This document shows positions 32,083-42,164 of a DNA stretch of 42,164 bases, piece by piece. The DNA comes from Licmophora abbreviata (Eukaryota). The translations under genes and the position numbers were made by a program. Position 1 is the stretch's first letter, and each line of letters starts with the position of its first letter. The stretch lies in NCBI GenBank assembly GCA_900291995.1, contig OLMU01003016.1, forward strand, positions 1 through 42,164, written 5' to 3'. The notes beneath the pieces were generated by a model that was given only the letters and a program-made list of their open reading frames with translations, was not told where the DNA came from and made no database searches.

Positions 32083-32847
32083 TTACTTCTTTTCGGCAGG
32101 CTTCCAGGGCTTCGGGGGGAGAACATCCCAGGCCGTCTTGGGACCGTCGCCAATGTCACCAGAAAAGCCGACAGGGAACACGGAGGGACTCTGTTTGCAA
32201 GAGAAAAAACAGAGGCAATGAAAGTGAGCGAAAAGAAGTGCAGATAAGACCAATCCACACAGAGCTTGCACTTGAATTCGCCACATACCTCGTGACTAAA
32301 CACTCGGAGCATGTCCTTGACAAACTGGCGAACCTCGTCCGTCTTACGCTCCTGCTTTTCATTGACGTGTTGCAACTCAGCGATCATGTTCATAATCTTG
32401 ACGAGTCGTCCACTGAGGACACCTTCCTGTTCCTGAAGATTTTCAATCAGTTTGCCCACATCGTCGACGGAGCATTCGCTGTCGTGGCACTCTTCCGCTG
32501 ACGCGAGAATAGCTTGCGTCTCCTCATCCGTCAGAATGACCGACCGAGCCGTGGTAGAAGGAGCGACCTGAAACAGGAAAGAGGGATGTTCATGAATGTG
32601 AGTGAAGAAATTGCGTTCGTCTGAATTACAGTACCAGTGAAGACATGCTCAGCCCCGACAAGCCAACGACCGCGAAACGAATCTTCTGTTTCGGGATGGG
32701 ACCGCGGATCGTAGATTTGGATCTTTTCACAACTTTCGCCCCCTTCGCGATTTACAGACTTACCGAGCGTACCCCGAAGGTTGGTGCGGGTGTAGTAAAG
32801 GCAGTCGCTGCTGCAACGAGAAGAGAAAGGCACAAAAGGCGCATCAT
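32083..32847 (-). CDS. Plastid-targeted small helical protein, paralog B. Exons 32847-32764, 32567-32289, 32190-32083
   Basis: Exon 1 MMRLLCLSLLVAAATA-FTTP; introns 32763-32568 and 32288-32191 are GT-AG and phase 0. Mature part has AEECHDSECSVDDVGKLI and GFSGDIGDGPKTAWDVLPPKPWKP, colinear with paralog A. Confidence 0.85.
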
Positions 32848-33109
32848 GGTGGCGAATACGATTGGCAGCTGTTCGTGGTGTGTGGTGATGTGTGATGGCA
32901 GAGTCTGTTCTCTTTCCTGTGTCAACGGAACGCGTTCTGCAAGATTTTTGAGAAGAGCACCGAAAAAACCCGAACACCGATGCGAACTCTCCTGCCGAAA
33001 TAAAAATGAATCAAATCTAGGACCCGCCCATACCGGGTAGTTGGGCAAGTTCATCATCATAGTGCGAAGCTCAACCTACTTCAGTAGAATCAAGTCCCTC
33101 AGTGGCTCT

Positions 33110-36100
33110 CTATTTCTTAACATAGCTACATGAAAGACCCTGAGGTCTAGAGGGAGTCCCGTCGCTGTGGAATAACCGTGCGACGATCGTATTGTACGCA
33201 ACATCGTCTTGATCCCGGCGGTCGGCCTTGAAAGGAGCTTTCGCTGTCATAGGTCCCTCCACTCGGTGACGGAGCGAGTGGGCAATCATAACTGTTTCGC
33301 CGTCAATATTAAGATCATGCACCCAGCCTTCGCCATCTTTCAGTCGAAGCCATGCGATTGATTCGCCCGCAGGGTTGACTCGTTCACTTATCAAAACGCT
33401 CTCGCCAGCCCAAAGAGCAAGCCCAGACGACTCCGCTCCAAACGACGGCCCCACTCGAACATTCACTCCCTCTTCTACAATCACATTGTAGCGCCATCCT
33501 TCTCGATGACGTTGGATGCGAGGCTGCTTGCCACACTCTTCGAGGTACAGCTGGTCATCACCGTGTACCTGGACCCATTCGGCAGGACTCGTCATACTTG
33601 CCAACGAGCGGATCTCGGTGCAGCTTTCGTTCAATTTGACATGCCGATTACGAAACAGCTTCGCAAAAGACTCAGAGGGCTTGTCGTCGTGAAAAATGGT
33701 GACGATTTCCGAGGCTCGAAGGAACTCGCCGCATTCAAATCGAAAGTAGACACCGTCGTCTGATTTGATGGATGTCGCCTTTCGTGAAGGACCTCGGCGG
33801 ACCTTGATGCCACGTTGGGACATGACCCGAAACCAGAACGACCCGAGTCTTACATCGGGTCTCGCGATGTTGACAGCGGCGATCTTTCCCTGAGATCTGA
33901 GCGGAAACCAGCCCTGTGCACCCCTTAGGCGGACATAATCCTAAAGAACGAGGAGAAGAGTCAGCAAAAGCGTGTCAGACAGGACGAAATCAGATAGATT
34001 GCAAGTGGGCCGACCTGCGTCAGTGCATTTGTACCTGTCTGATAGAGGGGGAGCTCTCATCTTCGGTCCACCGGTCGACCTCCACACACATCCCGCAAGG
34101 CAAGAGAGTAGGCACCACCTGAGGTTCACTGCGCGGTATACCACGAATCGTGCTTCTTGGTACTCTTGGATCTGACTGGAGGTCTGTCTCGGGCTGCTCT
34201 CTCTTCTTGGGTGTTCGAAACATAGCATCCAAGAATGTACTGCCCACAGAAGACGCAACATCAGAGTCTTGCGTCGTGAGAATGCCATGGGTAGACGCAC
34301 CGCCACTAACAATCGACGACGAGCCCCCCGTGGACGCCGTGGGCGACGTGTCTTCTTCCTTGGCGAGAGGCGGTGCGGGTGGTGGGCACGACACCTCCAC
34401 GCCTGTTCTTGAAACGATTCGAAGCCACTGCACAGTATAAGCATCCTCGCTTGGTTGACCTGTCCGCTCGTCGGAAAGGATGATTGCGTTTCCGACTTCA
34501 TCGTATGCTCTTGCTGCTTCGCCTGCCTTCAGAGACGCAGCAGCTCCTCCTCCATAACGACGAAATTGATCGTCGAGTTCCTCTGGCTTGGGGACGATAG
34601 CCCAACCACTGCCGTCTGCGAGCTTGATCAACCCAGCTCCCATGTCGAAAGCACCCGACGTCTCCATGCGTTTGGAAGCTTCAAACACGACCCCCCTAGG
34701 CAGCGTTCGTGTCTTCTTGACAGAATCGAAAACGGCTGGATTGCTGCCTCTAGTTCCAGTGCCTTTTGTTGTGTGTGAAGCGGCCATTGTCTGAAAGATG
34801 CTACCCCTCGACAAGGATTTTGCCAGTCCATCCCCAGAATTTTGAACGGAAGCCTTGTTTTCTTGTTTTCCGTGTATAAGATTCGAAACCTGTGAGGGAC
34901 ACGGCGGAGCGAAAAACAAATTGAGCGTCAACGTCCCAGCGAGTGCGATCAAACTAAAAGAGCCGGTTGCCGCAGTGCGAGTTACTCACCTGAAAATGCG
35001 GCGCATCGAGTATCTGTAAGCCTCGCGGGGCATTCACCTTCATCAGGAAAAGCGACGGCTCAAAGCGAGACTCAGTGCCAGCAAAATTGTACTGCGTGCT
35101 GACATCAAAGGACCCGTCTTCCGATATCAGGGAAACATTGGACGATGGAGTAGCCGGCTTGTTGCCGGAAGGAAGGGGGGACAATGACTTTTTTGGCGTC
35201 TCTAGTAACGTTGGAACCCTGCTCCGCGAAGGCGTGCCAGGCTGGTTTGCAACACCGGCGTCTCGTTTTCGTCGCGGCGGGCGATGACGCCTTCTCGAGA
35301 GAGATCCAGGCGTTGCTATGGACGAGGACGCCACAGAAAGTGCCGAGACTGTGCTGTCATCCGGATCGACCGTTCCAGCGGTTTCCGAGACCTCCGTGAC
35401 GGCAGGAAGCGCACCCACCTTTACTGTTCCTCCGACAGTCGTGACATGTCGATCCGTAATCCATCCACGTCGGTGTGACAGGCGTAGAAAGGAAACATCC
35501 GTATTAGGCAGTCTGAGTTTGAGACATATTTCGTGAGCGGTTGCAGGCAGGAGCATCGCTTTCGTTGTTGGAGCGTCCAGACTTGGACCAGTCAGTATCG
35601 GCAGCGGGGTCGAGGAAACAATGGAAAACAGAAACTTGCCACGCTGTACGTCTGGAGGCGAGGCGATGGGTTCGACAATGGTTGCGTTCCGTTTTTCGGT
35701 ATACAGATATCCGTGCGACCTGACTGCATCCTCCTGTATTTCAGCCGACACAACTGCACTTGAAACGTCGGTCGAGGATGCCAACGATCTGGAGTCGTTG
35801 AGAGGCAACGACGAGGAGCCCAGCATTGGCACATAGTGTGTGTTGGATCGCTTCGGTGTCGTTAATGAGGAACTAGCGGCACTTGACAAGTCGTTGGCGT
35901 CCAAGGCGTATCCACCCGTCAAGACTTCATCTATCCGAATCACCTTTTTGGTGACACTTCCTTCCGCTTTTGATTTAGACGCCACGGCATTAACGGCTCC
36001 AATGGTAGAATTCGTTTTCAAGGTATCCAATGACGAAACCGAACCGGTCTGTGACAAGAGAGACCGAGGCAGAGACTGCGGCGACTCGGGAGACGCACAC

Positions 36101-36984
36101 GGTTTCACATCAGAGTCTTTTGGAGAAAGCGACGACTTGCCCTGGAAACGAAGCGGCGTGCCCCCTGATCCATCTATCGACGAGTCGTCTTCGTTTACCA
36201 CCTCCCTTTCAAAGCGACTCGCAACGATTTCACCATAGCTGACGTAAGCTCCACTTTTCGGCGCATGCCGATCCGGTCGCGACAGCAATGCCACCACCCC
36301 GGGATACATGATTCGATAGTACTTGACATCGGACTGTTCCTCCTTGTGCGTCTCCAAGTGCTGAGGTCTTCTGCGGGAGGTGTGATTCGGCGAGAGGGCC
36401 GCGGAAGTTTCTGGAGGATGCAAAACGTCTTCTGCGGAGAGAGTACGCTTGGGCGTGTGATCCGAGGAGTCGTCCGTGAGCGCGGTGTAGCCATGCTTGG
36501 CAGTGTGATGCGTCAACGTCGTACTGGCAGTTTCCGTGGTGACTGTAGTGCCTCCTCCACTGGCGGAACTCTTCCGGTCTTCCTCCACGACAGCAGCAGC
36601 AGTAGTAGCGGTAACAGCATCGAGCTGCGAATTCAGTTTCTTAGTGGTAAACATGACCCCACCAAACAATCTCGCCTGTTTTTCCACCAACGATCCTTTC
36701 TTGGGACTCGATAATGCCCCGCTTCCAGATAGAGTCTTCTGTAGCTCCTTCCCCTGGTCATCGTCGTCCCGGGACGTCGATGACCACGACGGCGACAAAG
36801 CCGATGAGTCCTGAGACGACTTTGTTCGTATGCGATGCACTTTCTCCAAATGATCCAGGGCCTCTCGTCTTCTCTGTCGATCGAAGCGATGCCGGTAAGG
36901 CGAGGAATATCCCGTGGTCGGTGCGGGTGGTGATTGTTGCTGTGACGCCTGCTCGCCGTCCTTTTCTTTGTGTTGCGACGCCAT
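33110..36984 (-). CDS. Large protein with about six SH3b-like beta modules and Ser/Thr-rich linkers. Exons 36984-34990, 34889-34035, 33940-33110
   Basis: Introns 34989-34890 and 34034-33941 join three ORFs in frame. Recurrent pattern aromatic-x-V...G-h-x-V-x-x-G-P-S...GE...(W/F/Y)-h-RL....GW, clearest in GVNVRVGPSFGAESSG...GESVLISER...WLRLKDGEGWV. Confidence 0.75.
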
Positions 36985-37482
36985 GATGTGTCTTCCAGAG
37001 CACTCCCTTTTCTCTCTCGTCCTGTTATCGACTATCGCTTCTTGTTCATTCGTTTTTCTTTTATTATACAATTTCACAAAATGGATTTGGCATGGATCGT
37101 TGCGATCGACGTACGCGCACAGCGACGGAAAGTCGTCTTGTGTGTGTTCTAACGAGAGACGTATCCTTCGCTCGACAACACAGTGACAACGACACAACGC
37201 CTCTTTGTGTCGCGTGAGGAGGCGGAGCGTGACGATGCTCCGAGAGAAAGCAAGCCGCTCGTCTCTGTGCCAGGCGCGCGCCATTTCAAAAGTATCATAA
37301 GAGATCATTCGGGCTTGAAATTTTGAACAATTATAGACTTAAGCCCTCGAGCGAGCCATGCTCGCTGGAGGATACCAAATTTTTGTGGATCGATTTTGTC
37401 CAAGATTCGAGAAACTGGCGAGGACAGACGGTGCGAACCTGTTAAGGGGACATCAGCGACGCAAGCAGACACACAGTCGACC

Positions 37483-39278
37483 ATGACATCGACCGCAGCA
37501 GAAACGGCGGCTGCAGCCCCTCCCTCCTCATCGGAAGCCCCCTCTAGCCGCCCTTATTTGAAGCACGTCTTGGTGCCTTTGGCGAACGGAACGGATGAGG
37601 TGCAACTGTCCATCCTCACGTCGACGCTCCTTCAATTCGGTGATCGTGCTGCGCACGTGGTGGTAGCATCCATCGACGGCGACGACAATCGCATGTGCAC
37701 TACTCGAGGAAACCTACAGGTGAGTTCTAGAGTGCCTCAGAATGGATGTTTGCCAGCGTGAAGAATCAATCTCATTTTGGAGTCTCTTGTCGTCGTCTCT
37801 TCTTCTTGTCTTGATACACTCGATATAAGATCCAAGCAGAACACACATTCGATAGCATCAAAGATCACCACGAATGGGACATGATTGTCTTTGTAGGCGG
37901 GATAGATGGGGCGAAAGCATTCGCGGGATGCCAGCCACTGATGGAAACGTTCCGAACGCATGTGGAAGCAGGCAAAATGTATGCCGCGACGGGTGAATCT
38001 CCAGCATATGTATTGACGCAAGTTCCGGGGGCGCTTGCTACTTCTACCGCCACTACAAATGGTGTGACCACTACTGATGGCCACACTTGCTTTCCTAGCC
38101 AGGAGTGTTGTGACCTCATGGGCGAGGCGTGGGTCAATGTTGACGTCGCGGTCAGTCAGGACAATCGCGTCGTCACCTCGCAAGGGACCGGACCGGCCTT
38201 TCTCTTTGCCCTTCAAGTGGGCGAACTCTTGTTTGGCAAAGTAGCTGCAAAAAAAGTGGCCAACACTATGCTTGTGGATCGAACCTTATCGCTCGGGGCA
38301 CGATACCATCCCCCTCGTCAGGACCTTGAACGCTTCGCTGCCAAAGTCAAGGCCGCCGAAGCCAAGGCGCGCGAGGCCCAGAGGCGCGAACAGGCAAAGG
38401 AGGCAGCGAAGCGACAGTCGCAGGAACGGAGGGATACGCGCGCTCGTAATACTCTTATCGCACAGGCGAATCGTGCCTTCCATGAATCGCAACTGTCGGG
38501 GCCTCAGAAGGAAGAGTCAGACCGCCTCGCCGCGTGGAGTACCCCAGCCGCAGTGGAAGCCAGGAAGAGAGCGGCTGCAGCTCTGGCGAGATCCGGTGCG
38601 AAGCGACGATCGGGAACGTCGGATGTTGTGAGAGTATCGCGCAGCTCCATTACGCACAAGCAACTGGTGTTTGCAACCATATGGCTGCCTCTGGAAGCGC
38701 TCGGATGGACGTACCGGTCCAAGAGAAACTATTGTGCTCCCCTCCGTGATCACCCATCAATCACAAACGTGGATCAACTTCTTGCGCACTGCGCCAGAAC
38801 GCCGTCGTTGGCGGACAACGAACTAATCGTCCACGGTCGAAAGTGGCACGATGCGTGTTATGAAGTCTGGCAAGACAGAAAGAATGATTTGCCGAAGGAG
38901 AACGTTTTCGCATGGTTGTTTGATCAGGTCGAGCAAGCATCTACTGATATGGCCCCACGCCCTGACTCCGAAGAATTTCAGGCCAAGCTCGCCGAGATGG
39001 CTTCCTTGGAGAGTGCCACAGTCACCCCTCGCACAGAGAATGCCACACCAGTGCGTCATGGAGAGAGTAATGTTGCAAGCACAGCCGGTGAGGACAGAGA
39101 TGAGACGGGACAGGCCGGTGCTGAACGGGCAACTGGTGAGGAAGCAGCGACCGCCGCGGAAGTGACATCGCCAGCTATGACGGACAAACCAGCGACGCGC
39201 CGCGCTCCTAGAACGAAGCGACGTCACCGTCTGCCGCATGGGTCTTCCGTACTAGACGTAGAATCAGCGGATCCTTAA
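37483..39278 (+). CDS. DJ-1/PfpI-like domain (catalytic residues altered) fused to a coiled-coil and a C-terminal domain. Exons 37483-37719, 37830-39278
   Basis: KHVLVPLANGTDEVQ, WDMIVFVGGIDGA, GKMYAATGESPAYVL, TCFPS, VVTSQGTGPAFLFALQVGELLFG follow the DJ-1/ThiJ fold pattern; intron 37720-37829 keeps frame. Confidence 0.82.
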
Positions 39279-39411
39279 GCGAACTGAGACGGCAATGCTT
39301 CCTATGAAATTTTAGATGGCTGCCGATAGCTAGATCAGGATGCTCAAGAGAAGATCCGTCTCGATAGCAAAAGAGTCTCTACGAAGGAAATCTAGTGTCG
39401 TTTGCTGACAC

Positions 39412-42077
39412 TTAAGCTTCCGTATTCGTCCTGGCGCTTTCCCAGTTGTCGCCAACGCCGTAGCCGTCACTGTCACCACTTTCGCTGTCGTATGCAATAG
39501 CTTTGCGCTTTCTCTTGGATGGCTGGGAAGAAGCACGAGACGAAGTCTTGACTGACTTGCCTTTCTTTGCCACTGCACGTTTCTTGGGCATGATCTCCTC
39601 CACAAGGTCGTCGTCGTCATCATTGTTGCCCATGTCAATGACAGCGGCGCTCTCTTCTGAGGCATCGTCGCTATCCCCATCGACACTATAATTGACACCC
39701 GAACGAGCGTTCTGTCGCTTCGGACGGGCTCTAAAAGCCGAAGCGTTTCTTTGCATCGGCGTCTCGTCCATGTCATCATCGGACGAGTCATTTCGACCTC
39801 TCTTTTTCGAAGCTGCCGGTTTGCGCCTAGATGTCGATTTGGGAGCCGCTCTTACCCTCGATCGACGCGTGTTCGGTTCGTTTTCCTCGTCCACTGCTTC
39901 ATCGTCCTCCTCGTCCATACAATCAGATTGCTTCATGCGCTTCTTGGGTGCCACTTTGTTCCTCTTCTGCGACGCGGCCTCGGACTCTTCATGCAGCAGT
40001 TCTTCCACAGCTGCGGGCGAGGTAAGCATCTCCTCTCCATCCTCGTCGGGGTCTTCCTCGTTGTTGATACCGCGCTTGACAAGCTTGTTCACTTGCTTCT
40101 TCAGCATGGACGACATAGCATCGCTGATGGCCTTTGCCTGCTGCTTGTCGACATATTCTTCGAGCGCCGTTCCAAGGCCACGTTCGCTAAATACCTCCAG
40201 CTTGGACTCGCTGAGACACTCTTTGATCAAGTCTTCGACTACAATCTCTTCGAGCTCCTCAGGGGGGACCGGCTTGGCAAACGCACTCTTCTTGGCAGTC
40301 GACTTGGGGTTTGTGGCGGGATCTTTGCGACGATGAAACAAGAGGACCTCGTCCTGTTCAGAAAAAAAGGTGGACAGCACTGTTGTGTAAGAATCTTTAA
40401 GAAACGCAATTAATCGAAGAATGACTGACATTCCGAAAGAGTAACCTACAGGGTTGGCCTGAACCACAATCGTCAAGGAGTAGAAATACAAATTGGAACG
40501 AAACGGTTAGACGCATTGTATACTCGTTGGTCGTCGACGCATTCCCGTATTGATGCCACAAAACGTACTACTTGACCGACGAAACGAGCTCCAAAACGCT
40601 GGTTGTTCAAGGTTGTGAATCCGGTATGTTCCACCTTTAGGCGGACCAGGACCTCTCCAGGTTTCTCTACCTTGTAATGAACGGTGGAGTCCTCCTGGGC
40701 AAAGTTTCCCATAGCTTTTGCCGCTTCCAAAACTTCTGTATGCTTCTCCTTGGCCTCATGAATGAGGAATTTCACTTCTTCTTCCAACACCTTGGATACA
40801 TGAGCGTCAATCTTGGGATCATCCGGATCCAACTGTTCCTGCGCTTGCAATGCGATGTCCCCGATGACAAAGGAACGCACTTGCGTGAGCGGGATACTGC
40901 GAAGTCGAAATTGATTGTACTTGATGTCGAGGATGCCCACGTGTTTGCGTACGGCTTCGCCAGTCGTGAGACTGGTGGCGACACTGGATCCCGGCTGCGT
41001 AATGCGAAAGGTCCCCACGACGCTTTCGGCAGGGTCAATGAGACATTCATGCTCGTGTCCCCAGACAACCTGTGCGGGGGAAATAAACATGGGCAATCCA
41101 TCATGAGAGGATGTCAGTTGTTAGTGTTCTGTGGATGGATGGATGCTCGAGAAATACTGACGACAGCACTAGACACTACAGTATCACGCACCAGGTCCAT
41201 CCACTCGGGAATCATGGATTCATGGACGCAATTCTTGACCCCACGTCCCAAGTCACGGTTCTGATGCAATGCAAAGATGTGAAACCAGTCGCCGTGGTCA
41301 GGCTGCAAGAAACGAACCTTCTGTCCCGACCACATGCGATTCAAGCGTTCGTCCCGCATACTTCCGAGTCCGTAGAGCGCGACCTTAGTTTCTCCCTTCT
41401 CCATGAGAATGGGAGAGACGTTAATGTCATCGATTTCGTCTTGGCGACCAAAGTAATTGACCAGGTTTGAAACGGCGAGCAGGTCCAGGGCGGCGAGCAT
41501 TTCGGCGCCCGAGTCGCGAGTCGGGTCGTCGTGATTGCCGTGTATCGAAAAGATGGGCAAGTCTGATGTCCAACAAGAAGAGAGGATTGTCGGTGAGAAG
41601 CGATGTACATAGATGCGACAGACAGTACTCTCATGCAGAGCATATGTCGCTCAGTAGACTAAATAGATACTCACCCACCGAGTAGAACTCGTCTTCATAG
41701 TTGACAGTGCCGTGTACAGAGCGAAAGTTGGTGGCTTGGTCGGAGACAATCTGAATCTGTACGGGTTCAGGTCCCATACAGTATCGACGAATGATCTGCA
41801 TCGTCTTGTGCATAGTCCGACGCGAGGGCTTGTTATCATGAAACAAGTCTCCAGCAATCAAGACCATGTCGCACTTGTGCAGCTTGGCCAAGTATAGCAC
41901 TTCTTCAAAGGCAGCGAAGGAGTCCAATCCTCGGACCGGGTCGCGCTCGCAGTAGCCCAAGTGATTGTCTGTGCTCACCATGATGCGCAGTGTATCCTCG
42001 TCAGTGTCCACCTCCACGCGAGGGCGTTCTTGGGAGACAGGGGCCTCGTTCACAGAAGCGCCGCTGTCACTTTCCAT
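39412..42077 (-). CDS. MRE11: Double-strand break repair nuclease MRE11. Exons 42077-41675, 41562-41192, 41069-40569, 40458-40450, 40353-39412
   Basis: Phosphoesterase motifs STDNHLG, AGDLFHDNKPS, FSIHGNHDDP, LHQNR, VWGHEHEC, TQPGSSVATSL; NNQRFGARFVGQV|ANP|DEVLLF; acidic/basic disordered tail. Confidence 0.96.
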
Positions 42078-42164
42078 GGTTCAAGATACCGCTGGTTCGT
42101 GCCTCCCGCGTTACCAGATGCATCATCATCACAATGCGACGATGAGATTGGCAAAAGCTCATCG

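Noticed and set aside
31081..32847. Identification of the paralog pair as PyShell, LHC or canonical CP12
   Set aside because: The sequences look helical/coiled-coil rather than beta-rich, have no transmembrane helices, and lack AWD.VEEL and the C-terminal CP12 Cys pair.
36985..37308. N-terminal 108 aa of the 784-aa ORF
   Set aside because: Reads like promoter or UTR sequence; atcATGG at 36984 is the more plausible start.
39692..41264. Plus-strand ORFs of 214, 220 and 195 aa
   Set aside because: Antisense shadows of MRE11 with no motifs of their own.
1..42164. Transposons, tRNA/rRNA genes, telomeric repeats, or a prokaryotic operon/contaminant
   Set aside because: No transposase or reverse-transcriptase motifs, terminal repeats or cloverleaf-like sequences were seen; spliceosomal introns occur throughout. 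Small ncRNAs cannot be excluded without a covariance-model search.

Overview
Gene-dense eukaryotic nuclear DNA with short GT-AG introns (about 70-200 nt) and intergenic spacers of 100-650 bp. Bipartite signal + 'AF/GF' plastid presequences point to a diatom or related photosynthetic stramenopile (inference). I reconstructed 19 protein-coding genes by hand-splicing the ORF track: the 5' part of AIR carboxylase (PurK-like), a soluble adenylyl-cyclase/STAND ATPase, a Sel1-repeat protein, a secreted mucin-like protein, a divergent TFIIA-gamma-like protein, PPP4R2, CSL4, a RAD16-like SNF2/RING helicase with a PARP-type zinc finger, a SPRY protein, HMG-CoA lyase, cytochrome b561, an acidic plastid protein, an aldo-keto reductase, a small acidic ORF, a convergent pair of plastid-targeted CxxxxC paralogs, a six-module SH3b-like protein, a DJ-1 pseudoenzyme fusion and MRE11. 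No tRNA, rRNA, CRISPR array or transposon was recognised. The most interesting signals are the tail-to-tail CP12-like paralog pair with K/P-W-K-P tails, a 9-nt microexon in MRE11, the catalytically altered DJ-1 fusion, the SH3b-repeat protein, and two or three single-base frameshifts that may be assembly errors. All family calls come from motif recognition by eye; no database search was run.
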